A stretch of 64,000 nucleotides of DNA from the NCBI GenBank assembly GCA_949840935.1, contig CATKXX010000007.1, positions 28,070-92,069 of the forward strand. The letters are read 5' to 3'. This stretch comes from an uncultured Acetatifactor sp. Lineage in GTDB: Bacteria; Bacillota; Clostridia; Lachnospirales; Lachnospiraceae. The notes under the pieces were generated by a model. That model worked only from the letters and a program-made list of their open reading frames with translations. It was not told the origin of the DNA and made no database searches. Shown here piece after piece: positions 31,343 through 40,440 of the stretch. The position numbers and the translations under genes were made by a program. Each line of letters starts with the position of its first letter. Within the stretch, counting starts at the first letter, position 1.

Positions 31343-32140
31343 TCATCGGAGCATTCCATACTCTCCCAGCTCCTGAAACCCGATCCTGTTATATATCCTG
31401 CCCGCTACAGGATTGTCATAGAACAGGCAGAGATACTTCTTTCCCCGTCCGAAACAGTCCCGGCACAGCGCTGAAACCACCGCGGAAGCATAGCCCTTAC
31501 CCCGGAAATCCTTATCCGTAGCCACACCTACGATCATAGCGCTCTCCGAATTTTCCGCGCTGGTGGAGGCGGTGGACACCATGCGCCCCTTCAGGAATCC
31601 GCCCACAGCCGCCTTGCTGCCCAGAGCCATTTCCTCCTCCATCCGCCGGATCTGCTCCTCCCGCTCCGTCTTTTTATATGTCTTGCTGAACTCCTCGATA
31701 TCGGACAACAGATCGACGGCCTCCGCCACATCCTGCTTTTCCAGCCTGCGGATTTCCAATCCTTCCGGCAGAGGCGCATCGTCCCCCTGGCTATTACAGC
31801 GGCTCATATAAGTAGAGTCCAGTTTCCATTGGGGGAAAGCCGGAGCAAGCTTCTCTAAGAGCACTGTCTTCCCGCTGATACAGTCCGGTGCCTGCCCCTT
31901 CAGGAACCGGACGGCCTCCTCCACGTTGTAATCCTCATACTGGCTGTACAGTATGAAAAACTGATGGAACCTCAGGATCAGGAAATCCCATCTGTCACGC
32001 TCCTCGTGGAGATAGAAATTTACCGTCTCATTATTCACGCCGAAATTCTCCAGATCCCCGATCAGGAACAGATTCATTTCCGGCTCCCTTTTCACATAAC
32101 AGAGAATCTCCTCCCTGTCCTCCTCCTGTAAAATACGCAT
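31343..32140 (-). CDS. GNAT-family N-acetyltransferase
   Basis: VGVATDKDFRGKGYAS acetyl-CoA motif, LFYDNPVAGRIYNRIGF. Confidence 0.9.
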   Translation of the reverse strand: MRILQEEDREEILCYVKREPEMNLFLIGDLENFGVNNETVNFYLHEERDRWDFLILRFHQFFILYSQYEDYNVEEAVRFLKGQAPDCISGKTVLLEKLAPAFPQWKLDSTYMSRCNSQGDDAPLPEGLEIRRLEKQDVAEAVDLLSDIEEFSKTYKKTEREEQIRRMEEEMALGSKAAVGGFLKGRMVSTASTSAENSESAMIVGVATDKDFRGKGYASAVVSALCRDCFGRGKKYLCLFYDNPVAGRIYNRIGFQELGEYGMLR

Positions 32141-32210
32141 ACTCTCCTCCTCTTTCCTGATAGATTAAGCTTCATTATACACACCTGCATCGGGAATTAC
32201 AATCAAAAAC

Positions 32211-32256
32211 CTTACATCATCTGTAAGTGTTTTTCCAACGCCTGCTGTGCTATGAT
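32211..32256 (+). promoter_or_regulatory. BceR-type operator plus extended -10 for ABC transporter operon
   Basis: Inverted repeat CTTACA-N5-TGTAAG (32211-32227) and TGcTATGAT (32248-32256), no good -35. Confidence 0.6.
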
Positions 32257-32282
32257 AGACCCATAGATAAGGAGGTAATCAA

Positions 32283-33056
32283 ATGGAACCTGTTCTTGAA
32301 ATCGAATCCCTGAAAAAATATTACGGTAAATCCGGCTCCCGGACGAAGGCGTTGGACGGCATCACATTCCAGGTGATGCCGGGGGAATTCCTGGGGATCA
32401 TGGGCAGCAGCGGCTCCGGGAAATCCACGCTGTTAAACTGTATCGCCACCGTGATCCGCCCCGGCAGCGGCAGCATTAAAATAAACGGCAGGCCGGTGCA
32501 GTCCCTGAAAGGAGCCGAGCTGGCCGGATATCGCGGAAAGAAGATCGGATACCTGTTCCAAAGCTTCGAGCTGCTGGACAATCTCACCGGATATGAAAAT
32601 ATCCTGCTTCCCCTCTCCCTCCACAATGTACCCGAGAAGGAAAGCAGGGAACGGCTGGAACAGCTGGCCGGTTATCTGGAAATCCAGGATGTCCTGCACA
32701 AATTCCCCGTCCAGATGTCAGGCGGCCAGAAACAGCGGGTTGCGGCGGCCAGGGCCCTGATCCTGAACCCGGAGATCATTCTCGCCGACGAACCCACCGG
32801 GGCGCTGGATTCCAGAAACGCAAAGACCCTGATGAACAAGCTCTCGGGGCTGAACGCAGACTCCGGCGCCACCATCCTTATGGTGACCCATGACTGCAAT
32901 GCGGCCAGCTACTGCCGGCGCATCCTGTTCATTCAGGACGGTACCCTCTTCCATGAGCTCAGGCGGAATTTCCCCGAAGAATCCAGGCAGGATTTTTACG
33001 GGCGGATTCTCAGGATCATGGCGCAGACAGGAGGTGGCAGTGCAAATGTTCTTTAA
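32283..33056 (+). CDS. ABC transporter ATP-binding protein (BceA-like)
   Basis: GSSGSGKST, MSGGQKQR, ADEPTGALD, VTHD. Confidence 0.93.
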   Translation: MEPVLEIESLKKYYGKSGSRTKALDGITFQVMPGEFLGIMGSSGSGKSTLLNCIATVIRPGSGSIKINGRPVQSLKGAELAGYRGKKIGYLFQSFELLDNLTGYENILLPLSLHNVPEKESRERLEQLAGYLEIQDVLHKFPVQMSGGQKQRVAAARALILNPEIILADEPTGALDSRNAKTLMNKLSGLNADSGATILMVTHDCNAASYCRRILFIQDGTLFHELRRNFPEESRQDFYGRILRIMAQTGGGSANVL

Positions 33057-35109
33057 ATTGATTTCCCGAAACAGCAGGCGCAGCCGGAAGGAAAACGGCC
33101 TCCTGTTCAGCTCCCTGCTGATCTCTATCATAGCCTTTTATATCATTTTGGCGCTGCCCTGCCAGGATGTCATGATCTTTTTGAAAAAGATGGAAAGCGA
33201 TGCCATAAACCGGCTGATGGACATTATCTCTGTCTTTTACGCCCTGGCCTTGTTTATACTGTTTTTTCTGATCTATTACGCCAGCCGGTTCCAGCTGGAG
33301 CGGCGGGGGCATGAATTCGGCGTCTATCTGATGATGGGAATGCGCCGTGTTAAGCTGTTCGCCCTGCTGTTGGCAGAGGACTTTGGAAACAGCGTCCTTT
33401 CTCTGGCCGTAGGGCTTCCTGTAGCGGTGCTGCTGTCCGAGCTGGTCAGCCTGGTCACCGCCCGGCTGGTGGGCATTGGCATTGTGGGACATCAGGTGTC
33501 CTTCTCTCTCCACGCCGTCCTTTGGACGGCGGCAGGCTTCCTTCTCATCAAGCTTGCGGCGTTCCTGCTCTTAAGCAGCCGGATCAGCCAGCAGGAAATC
33601 GGCTCCCTGCTGGCGGAAACACCGGAGGGCACAAAAAGGCAGCTTCCCTCTCTCTGCTACAGAGCCGCCTCCCTGGCCGGCATCCTCTGCCTGGCCCTGG
33701 CCTACAGCCTGGCTATCCGGGGGGATGCGTGGTGGGACATCCGGGTCATGGCCCTGGCCGTCCTGCTGGGGCTTTTCGGAACCTTTTCCCTCTTTTGGGG
33801 GCTGGGCTTTTTGATCGGGCTGGCGGCCCGGCGGGGAAAAAGGGACCGCCGTCTCCATGTATTTAATTTCCGCCAGATACAGGAGACTGTGACCCGCCGT
33901 TCCAACACTCTGGCCCTGTGCTCCCTGCTGATTCTGGCCGCCCTGTGCTGCTTCGGGGCAGGCACTGCCATCTTCCGGTCCTACGGCGATCCCGGGCAGC
34001 ATGTCCTGGACTATACCTTCCCGGTCTCCGAATCGGCCGACGGCCCGGATGTCATACGCCGCACTCTCTCCGATCACGGCCTGGACACCTGCTTTTCCCA
34101 TCTGTTTGAGATGAAAACAGGGCATGTCCAGACCACAGACGGTACCCGGGATGTCTTTCAGATGGAGCTTGTGATGGACACCCTGGAGAAAATGGAGCCG
34201 TCAGAGGACAGGGATGTGCTCCTGAACAACCTGCAATACGCAACCTGCCCATATGTAATCTCCCTGGGCAGCTATAACCAGCTGCTGGCCGCCGCGGGCC
34301 TGCCCGGTCTGGAGCTGAGCAGCGGGGAGGCCGCCGTCTATATGGATATGGACTTTTCCACACCGGGAAGGATCGACCTGATGAACGAAATTTTAAACAC
34401 CTGTCCGGAGGCTGTGCTGGACGGCAATCCCCTTTCCCTCACCGGGGCCGTGCAGACCACAAACCTGGTCACAGACCGTTCCATCACCCTCTCCTTCGCC
34501 CTCATCCTGCCGGACGAAGCGTTTGAACATTATACCCGGGGAAATTACAGCGTCTACCTCGACGCGGTGCTGACGGGGGAGGCTGCCGGGGACGCGGGCC
34601 TGATGTCCGCCATTTCGGAGATGAACCGGAAGCTGAATGAAACCGGCCTGTCCTACGAAAGTTATCTGCAGAATATGGGGCGGCAGCTTTTCTATCAGGT
34701 GGCCGCCGGCTACATCACCATTTACCTTGCCATCATTTTTCTGATCATTGCCAACACGGTTATCGGCGTACAGTTCCTCATGGGACAGCAGAAATCCGGA
34801 CGGCGCTACCGAATCTTAAGCCGCCTGGGAGCATCTTACAAAACACTGTGCCACTCCGCTCGGAAACAGATCAGCTGGTATTTCGGCATTCCCATCGGGG
34901 TGGCCTCCTTCAGCAGCCTGTTTGGGATCCGCTCGCTGCTCACCGGGATTTTATCCGCCCGGGCAAAGGGCGACCTTCCCGAGATGATGATGGTTTCCGC
35001 CGCTATGATTTTCGTGCTCTGTGTGATAGAATGTATTTATGTCGAGGCGGTAAAACGCTCCAGTGACCGCTGTCTTCTGTCGCTGATGCCGCCGCAGCGG
35101 GAAGAATGA
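33046..35109 (+). CDS. FtsX-like ABC transporter permease (BceB-like)
   Basis: MFFKLISRN start overlapping ATPase stop; RGHEFGVYLMMGM; about 10 TM helices with one large extracellular loop. Confidence 0.88.
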   Translation: MFFKLISRNSRRSRKENGLLFSSLLISIIAFYIILALPCQDVMIFLKKMESDAINRLMDIISVFYALALFILFFLIYYASRFQLERRGHEFGVYLMMGMRRVKLFALLLAEDFGNSVLSLAVGLPVAVLLSELVSLVTARLVGIGIVGHQVSFSLHAVLWTAAGFLLIKLAAFLLLSSRISQQEIGSLLAETPEGTKRQLPSLCYRAASLAGILCLALAYSLAIRGDAWWDIRVMALAVLLGLFGTFSLFWGLGFLIGLAARRGKRDRRLHVFNFRQIQETVTRRSNTLALCSLLILAALCCFGAGTAIFRSYGDPGQHVLDYTFPVSESADGPDVIRRTLSDHGLDTCFSHLFEMKTGHVQTTDGTRDVFQMELVMDTLEKMEPSEDRDVLLNNLQYATCPYVISLGSYNQLLAAAGLPGLELSSGEAAVYMDMDFSTPGRIDLMNEILNTCPEAVLDGNPLSLTGAVQTTNLVTDRSITLSFALILPDEAFEHYTRGNYSVYLDAVLTGEAAGDAGLMSAISEMNRKLNETGLSYESYLQNMGRQLFYQVAAGYITIYLAIIFLIIANTVIGVQFLMGQQKSGRRYRILSRLGASYKTLCHSARKQISWYFGIPIGVASFSSLFGIRSLLTGILSARAKGDLPEMMMVSAAMIFVLCVIECIYVEAVKRSSDRCLLSLMPPQREE

Positions 35110-35121
35110 AATGAAAGAGAT

Positions 35122-35210
35122 CAGATAATTGCGAAAGTCCGATTCACAGTGACGACTTTGTACAATCCGCACAAAGTCTGTTTGCCGGATGGAAGTTTCG
35201 CAATTGTCTG
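35122..35210. repeat. 89-bp palindromic MITE/REP-like element
   Basis: Terminal IR CAGATAATTGCGAAA / TTTCGCAATTGTCTG (14/15) enclosing inner IR GACTTTGT / ACAAAGTC. Confidence 0.6.
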
Positions 35211-35241
35211 TAAAAGAGAGAAACGAGAGGAACGATAATTA

Positions 35242-35934
35242 TTGAAAAAGCTTGCAGTTGTGGAAGATGAAGATTTTATGCGGGAGGAGTTGTCGGATCT
35301 CCTGCGCAGGGCGGGTTATGAGGTCAGCGAAATCCGTGATTTTGAAAATGCGGCGGAAGCGCTTCTTGACCTCTCCCCCGATCTGATCCTGCTGGATTTA
35401 AACCTGCCGGGTGCCGGAGGGTTCCATATTTGCAGGGAAATCAAGCAGAAAAGCTCCATTCCCGTACTTGTGCTCACCTCCCGGGATCAGCTGCGGGACG
35501 AACTGCACGCGCTGGATCTGGGGGCGGATGAATTTCTCACAAAGCCCTGCAGGAAGGAACGGCTGCTTGCAAGGATTTCCAATGTACTAAAGCGGTACGA
35601 GGGACGCTCCAACCTGCTGGAGGGGCCGGGGTATCTGCTGGATCGGATCAGCTACACGCTGTATATCCATGATACCTCCGTCATCCTGCCAAAGAACCAG
35701 GGGAAGCTTCTGGAGACTTTCCTCCTTCATGGGAAGGAAGTCGTCCCAAAGGAGGAGCTCTGCCTTGCCCTCTGGGGAACCACGGAATTTGTAGACGAAA
35801 ACGCCCTCCAGGTGAACCTGACCCGGCTGAAAAAAACCATGGCGGAACTGTCCATGTGCCAGCAGCTTATGCCCGTGCGCGGGACAGGCTACCGGCTTGT
35901 GGCCTGCGGAGAAATGTCTACAAAACGTATTTGA
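35242..35934 (+). CDS. OmpR-family response regulator (BceR-like)
   Basis: TTG start; VVEDE, LDLNLP, GADEFLTKP, NALQVNLTRL, RGTGY. Confidence 0.92.
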   Translation: MKKLAVVEDEDFMREELSDLLRRAGYEVSEIRDFENAAEALLDLSPDLILLDLNLPGAGGFHICREIKQKSSIPVLVLTSRDQLRDELHALDLGADEFLTKPCRKERLLARISNVLKRYEGRSNLLEGPGYLLDRISYTLYIHDTSVILPKNQGKLLETFLLHGKEVVPKEELCLALWGTTEFVDENALQVNLTRLKKTMAELSMCQQLMPVRGTGYRLVACGEMSTKRI

Positions 35935-35949
35935 AAGTAGAGGATCCTT

Positions 35950-36954
35950 ATGAAATATCTTTTACGGCACGCCCCATGGCTCCTGCTCCTCTTAGCAGTG
36001 GACGCTTTTGCGGCGCTGCTCTTATGGCTTGCAGACGTACGGGCCTTTTCTTCCATGATAACCGTAATCCTGCTTTTTACGGTTCTCCTGTTCGGCGCCG
36101 TCTGCTGTGTGCTGGCCCGGTCAGAACGGAAAAAGGAGGAGGCCTTTCTGGATTTTCTGTATCATGCGGACGAATATCACGAAGAAATGCTGTTGAAGGC
36201 CGCCGGCCCCTTCCGGAAAGAATCTGTGCTCTCCCTGGCTGCCAGCCTGCGCGGGAAACAGGCCGCTTACACCGGGCTTAAAGAACAGTGGGAGGACTAT
36301 GAAGAATACGTGGAGACATGGGCCCACGAGACAAAAATCCCTCTCTCCCTGCTGACCCTCCTCTTAGACAACCACCGGGAGGAGCTGCCCGCCGCCCTGG
36401 TCGTAAAGCTGGACTATGTACGAAACCGCACCTGGGAGTCCATCGATCAGATGTTGTTCTACGCCCGGTTGAAAAGCCCGGTAAAGGACTATCTGTTCGA
36501 GTATGTGAATCTCCGCTCCTGCATCGGGGAGCTGCTGGAGGACTATGGGCCCCTGCTGGAGGAAAAGGATTTCCGGATCCGGCTCAGCCTGTCCGGGGAC
36601 ATGGTCTACTCCGACAGAAGGGGCCTGCGCTTCCTTCTGGGACAGCTGATCAGCAACGCCGTAAAATACTGCGGCCGGGAGCCCGAACTGTGTTTCCTTT
36701 CCTCCTGGGACGAGGGCCGCTGTCTTCTGCATGTCAGGGACAACGGCATGGGAGTGCGCAGCTGCGACCTTCCCTATATTTTTGAAAAAGGATTTACCGG
36801 GGATTCTGGGGAAAACAAGAAAAAAGCAACTGGCATGGGACTGTATCTTGCGAAAGAAATGGCGAAGGATCTGAACCTGACCCTGCACGCCAGCTCCCGT
36901 TGGGGCGAGGGCTTTGAAATGCAGATCGCATTCCCGGTGGTGGAGGAAAGATGA
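35950..36954 (+). CDS. Intramembrane-sensing histidine kinase (BceS-like)
   Basis: Two close TM helices, WAHETKIPLS, QLISNAVKY, FEKGFTG, ATGMGLYL. Confidence 0.92.
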   Translation: MKYLLRHAPWLLLLLAVDAFAALLLWLADVRAFSSMITVILLFTVLLFGAVCCVLARSERKKEEAFLDFLYHADEYHEEMLLKAAGPFRKESVLSLAASLRGKQAAYTGLKEQWEDYEEYVETWAHETKIPLSLLTLLLDNHREELPAALVVKLDYVRNRTWESIDQMLFYARLKSPVKDYLFEYVNLRSCIGELLEDYGPLLEEKDFRIRLSLSGDMVYSDRRGLRFLLGQLISNAVKYCGREPELCFLSSWDEGRCLLHVRDNGMGVRSCDLPYIFEKGFTGDSGENKKKATGMGLYLAKEMAKDLNLTLHASSRWGEGFEMQIAFPVVEER

Positions 36955-36967
36955 AGCGGCGCACCGA

Positions 36968-37873
36968 TTACAGCTTCTCGCTGAAAATGCTCTTATAGCC
37001 CTCCCCAAAGATTTCCGTGGCGCTGGTGACGATCAGGAAGGCCAGGGGATCCTCCTCCTTCACAATCTCCTCCGCCTTGGGCGAGAGGGGCTTCTTCATC
37101 ACGCACATGATCACGTTTTTCTCCCTGCCGCTGTAGGCCCCCTGCCCGGAAATATAAGTCACCCCGATGTCCATCTCCTCCAGGATGCGCTTTGTGATCG
37201 CCTCGTGGCGGTCACTGATAATAAAGATCAGCTTCGCACCGTCACGTCCATAGAGCACCACGTCCAGAAGTACGGAATTGATCACCACCACAATCCCCGC
37301 GTACATGGCCACCTCTATGTCCTGAAAAGCAAAGGCCGAGAGGAGCACCACCGCTGCGTCCGTAATCAAAAACAGGGAGCCGGTCTTCATGTGAGGGAAT
37401 CTCAGCCTCAGCAGCTTGATGACAATATCCATCCCCCCGGTAGTAGCCCCCGCCTTGAATACCAGTCCCAGGGACAGTGCCATCAGTGCGCCGCCCGCCA
37501 CGGACGCCAGGAACAGATCCTCCGTAACGGCCCCGATCCGATTTAACAGGTTTGTAAAAGAAGAAATGGCAAAGGTAGCATAGGCGGTGGACAGGATGAA
37601 ACGGATTCCGAATTTCCACATGCCGATTGCCAGAATAGGGACATTGATCAGGAAAATCCAGGTACCGGTGGCTACATTTGTAACCCGGTTCAGAATCACC
37701 GCAATACCGGTCACTCCTCCCGGCGCCAGCGAATTGGGATCCAGCAGCAGGCTCACCGCCGCCGCGTAGAGAAATGATGCAGCCGTGATGACCGCGTAAT
37801 CCCACAAAATCCTCTTTCCTTTCTTTCTCTTTTCATACAGGATTTCCTTCTCCTGTTCCTTACTCATCGTCAT
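36968..37873 (-). CDS. YitT-family membrane protein
   Basis: LAPGGVTGIA, GATTGGMDI, GVTYISGQGAYSG, DPLAFLIV, EIFGEGY. Confidence 0.92.
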   Translation of the reverse strand: MTMSKEQEKEILYEKRKKGKRILWDYAVITAASFLYAAAVSLLLDPNSLAPGGVTGIAVILNRVTNVATGTWIFLINVPILAIGMWKFGIRFILSTAYATFAISSFTNLLNRIGAVTEDLFLASVAGGALMALSLGLVFKAGATTGGMDIVIKLLRLRFPHMKTGSLFLITDAAVVLLSAFAFQDIEVAMYAGIVVVINSVLLDVVLYGRDGAKLIFIISDRHEAITKRILEEMDIGVTYISGQGAYSGREKNVIMCVMKKPLSPKAEEIVKEEDPLAFLIVTSATEIFGEGYKSIFSEKL

Positions 37874-38088
37874 ATCAGTCCACTCCTCCTGGGGCATACA
37901 ATCGGGCGCATCATCGATCGGGCAGAAAAGGTTTTCCTCTGCTCGCCGCGCGGCCCGCATGCCGTGAAACAGCAAACTTCCATATGCGGGCCTGCGCATA
38001 GAATAAATCCGCATAAAAACCACATCGAACCAGTGCTCTAGTCAATGTAATATAATATATGCGGATTTAAACCGGAAAACACATATTA

Positions 38089-39312
38089 CTAAATATTTGT
38101 CCTCACCTGCTTGGGCTTGTAGCCTTCTTTTTCCAGAGCTTCCATAATCTGTTTCTTGTGCTCCGTACCGTAGGCCTCCAGCGTAATGCGGAGCTCCACG
38201 GCAGCGTTCCTGTTGATGGATACAAACTGGTTATGCTCCAGCTTGATCACGTTCCCGTTCACCTCTGCAATAATACCGGACACCCGGCACAGCTCCCCCG
38301 GCTTGTCGGGAAGCAGCACGGATACGGTAAAGATCCTGTCCCTCATGATCAGGCCCTGCTGCACCACAGAGGACATGGTGATCACGTCCATATTGCCGCC
38401 GCTTAAGATGGAAACGATCTTTTTGTCCCTCACATTCAGGTGTTTCAGCGCCGCCACTGTCAAAAGGCCGGAATTTTCCACCACCATCTTATGATTTTCC
38501 ACCATATCCAGGAACGCCACTACCAGCTCCTCGTCCTCCACCGTAATGATATCGTCCAGGTTCTGTTGAATATAGGGAAAAAGTTTTTCCCCGGGAGTCT
38601 TTACCGCGGTGCCATCGGCAATGGTGCTCACCCTGGGCAGCGTAGTCACCTTTCCTTCTTTTAAGGATGCCTGCATACAGCTTGCCCCTGCGGGCTCCAC
38701 GCCAATCACCTTAATCTTGGGGTTCAGAAGCTTGGCCAGGGTGGACACGCCGGTGGCCAGCCCGCCTCCGCCGATGGGAACCAGGATATAATCCACCAGC
38801 GGCAGCTCCTTGACAATCTCCATGGCGATGGTACCCTGCCCTGTGGCAACCGCCAGATCGTCAAAGGGATGGATAAAGGTATAGCCGTGCTCCTGGGCCA
38901 GCTCATACGCCCTGGCGCAGGCCTCGTCGTAGACATCTCCGTGAAGCACCACCTCCGCGCCATAGCCCTTGGTACGGTTTACCTTGATCAGGGGCGTGGT
39001 GGTAGGCATCACAATGGTTGCCTTCGCGCCGTAGCGCTGTGCCGCGTATGCGACGCCCTGGGCATGATTCCCGGCGGAAGCGGTGATCAATCCTTTTGCC
39101 CTCTCCTCCTCCGTCAGGGTGCTCATCTTGTAATATGCTCCCCTGAGCTTGTAGGCCCCGGTAAACTGCATGTTTTCCGGCTTCAGGAATACCCTGTTCC
39201 CGGTCTGGGCGCTGAGGAAATCGCTGTAGATCAGCTTGGTCTCCAGAGTCACCTTCTTTACGACCTCGGAGGCCTCCTCAAATTTCTCCAGTGTCAGCAT
39301 TTGTTCTTCCAT
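38089..39312 (-). CDS. ilvA: Threonine ammonia-lyase with C-terminal ACT domain
   Basis: KPENMQFTGAYKLRGA PLP lysine, ASAGNHAQG, PIGGGGL, SGGNMD, ACT LPDKPGEL. Confidence 0.93.
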   Translation of the reverse strand: MEEQMLTLEKFEEASEVVKKVTLETKLIYSDFLSAQTGNRVFLKPENMQFTGAYKLRGAYYKMSTLTEEERAKGLITASAGNHAQGVAYAAQRYGAKATIVMPTTTPLIKVNRTKGYGAEVVLHGDVYDEACARAYELAQEHGYTFIHPFDDLAVATGQGTIAMEIVKELPLVDYILVPIGGGGLATGVSTLAKLLNPKIKVIGVEPAGASCMQASLKEGKVTTLPRVSTIADGTAVKTPGEKLFPYIQQNLDDIITVEDEELVVAFLDMVENHKMVVENSGLLTVAALKHLNVRDKKIVSILSGGNMDVITMSSVVQQGLIMRDRIFTVSVLLPDKPGELCRVSGIIAEVNGNVIKLEHNQFVSINRNAAVELRITLEAYGTEHKKQIMEALEKEGYKPKQVRTNI

Positions 39313-39459
39313 AGCTTCCATCCTTCTTTCTATCATCCTTCACTGTTTATCCTTTTGCCTTATCTGATTTCATTGTCCAGAATTCCCTATTTTATTTCAT
39401 CCCACAGATTCACGGATCCTTTACGCTGTATGGCGGCGTTTTCCCTTCAAGGCCAACGC

Positions 39460-40419
39460 TCAGCTTTCCTTCCCATCCTCCAGAGCCTCGGGCTTTACAT
39501 CAAACAACGCGTTTACAAATTCATCAGAGTCAAACTTTTGCAAATCCTCAATGGTCTCACCCACACCGATATACTTCACGGGCACCTTCAGCTCCGACTG
39601 GATGGCCACTGCGATACCTCCCTTGGCCGTGCCGTCCATCTTGGTCAGCACTATGCCCGTAAGTTCCGCTACCTGGCCGAATTCCCTGGCCTGCACCATG
39701 GCGTTCTGTCCTGTGGTACCGTCCAGCACGATCAGGTTCTCCCGGTGGGCATTGGGGTATTCCTTATCGATAATGCGGTTCATCTTGCGCAGTTCTTCCA
39801 TCAGGTTCTTCTTATTATGGAGCCGCCCCGCCGTGTCGATCAGAAGGACATCCACCCCTCTGGCCTTTGCAGCGTTTACCGCGTCAAAGACCACGCTGGC
39901 AGGATCCGCTCCCTCCCTGCCTCCGATCATTGGCACGTCGGCTCTCCTTGCCCACTCCGCAAGCTGTTCTCCCGCCGCCGCGCGGAAGGTATCCGCCGCC
40001 GCGATCAGCACCCTCCTGCCCTGTGCCTTCAGCTTCCCGGCGAGTTTCCCCACTGTGGTGGTCTTGCCCACCCCGTTGACGCCGATCACCATGATGATGG
40101 ACTGCTCCTGCTCGAAGGAATATGCCGTCTCATCCACCCGCATCTGTTCCTTGATGCTCTCGATCAGCAGGTGCTTACATTCCGAAGGTTCCTTGATGCG
40201 CTGCTCCCTCACCTGCTCTTTCAGCCGCTCCACAATAGCGTTTGTGGCATTGACCCCGATATCCCCCATCAGCAGGACTTCTTCCAATTCCTCATAGAAA
40301 TCACCGTCTATGGCGGAGAATCCGCTGAACAGCGAATCAATCCCCCGGACAATGTTATTCCTCGTCTTGGTAAGGCCAGCCTTCAATCTGGCGAAAAATC
40401 CTTTCTTTTCCTCGCTCAT
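39460..40419 (-). CDS. ftsY: SRP receptor FtsY
   Basis: GVNGVGKTTT, DTFRAAA, DTAGR, TKMDGTAKGG. Confidence 0.97.
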   Translation of the reverse strand: MSEEKKGFFARLKAGLTKTRNNIVRGIDSLFSGFSAIDGDFYEELEEVLLMGDIGVNATNAIVERLKEQVREQRIKEPSECKHLLIESIKEQMRVDETAYSFEQEQSIIMVIGVNGVGKTTTVGKLAGKLKAQGRRVLIAAADTFRAAAGEQLAEWARRADVPMIGGREGADPASVVFDAVNAAKARGVDVLLIDTAGRLHNKKNLMEELRKMNRIIDKEYPNAHRENLIVLDGTTGQNAMVQAREFGQVAELTGIVLTKMDGTAKGGIAVAIQSELKVPVKYIGVGETIEDLQKFDSDEFVNALFDVKPEALEDGKES

Positions 40420-40440
40420 ACTAACCCTCATTTCTTTGTG

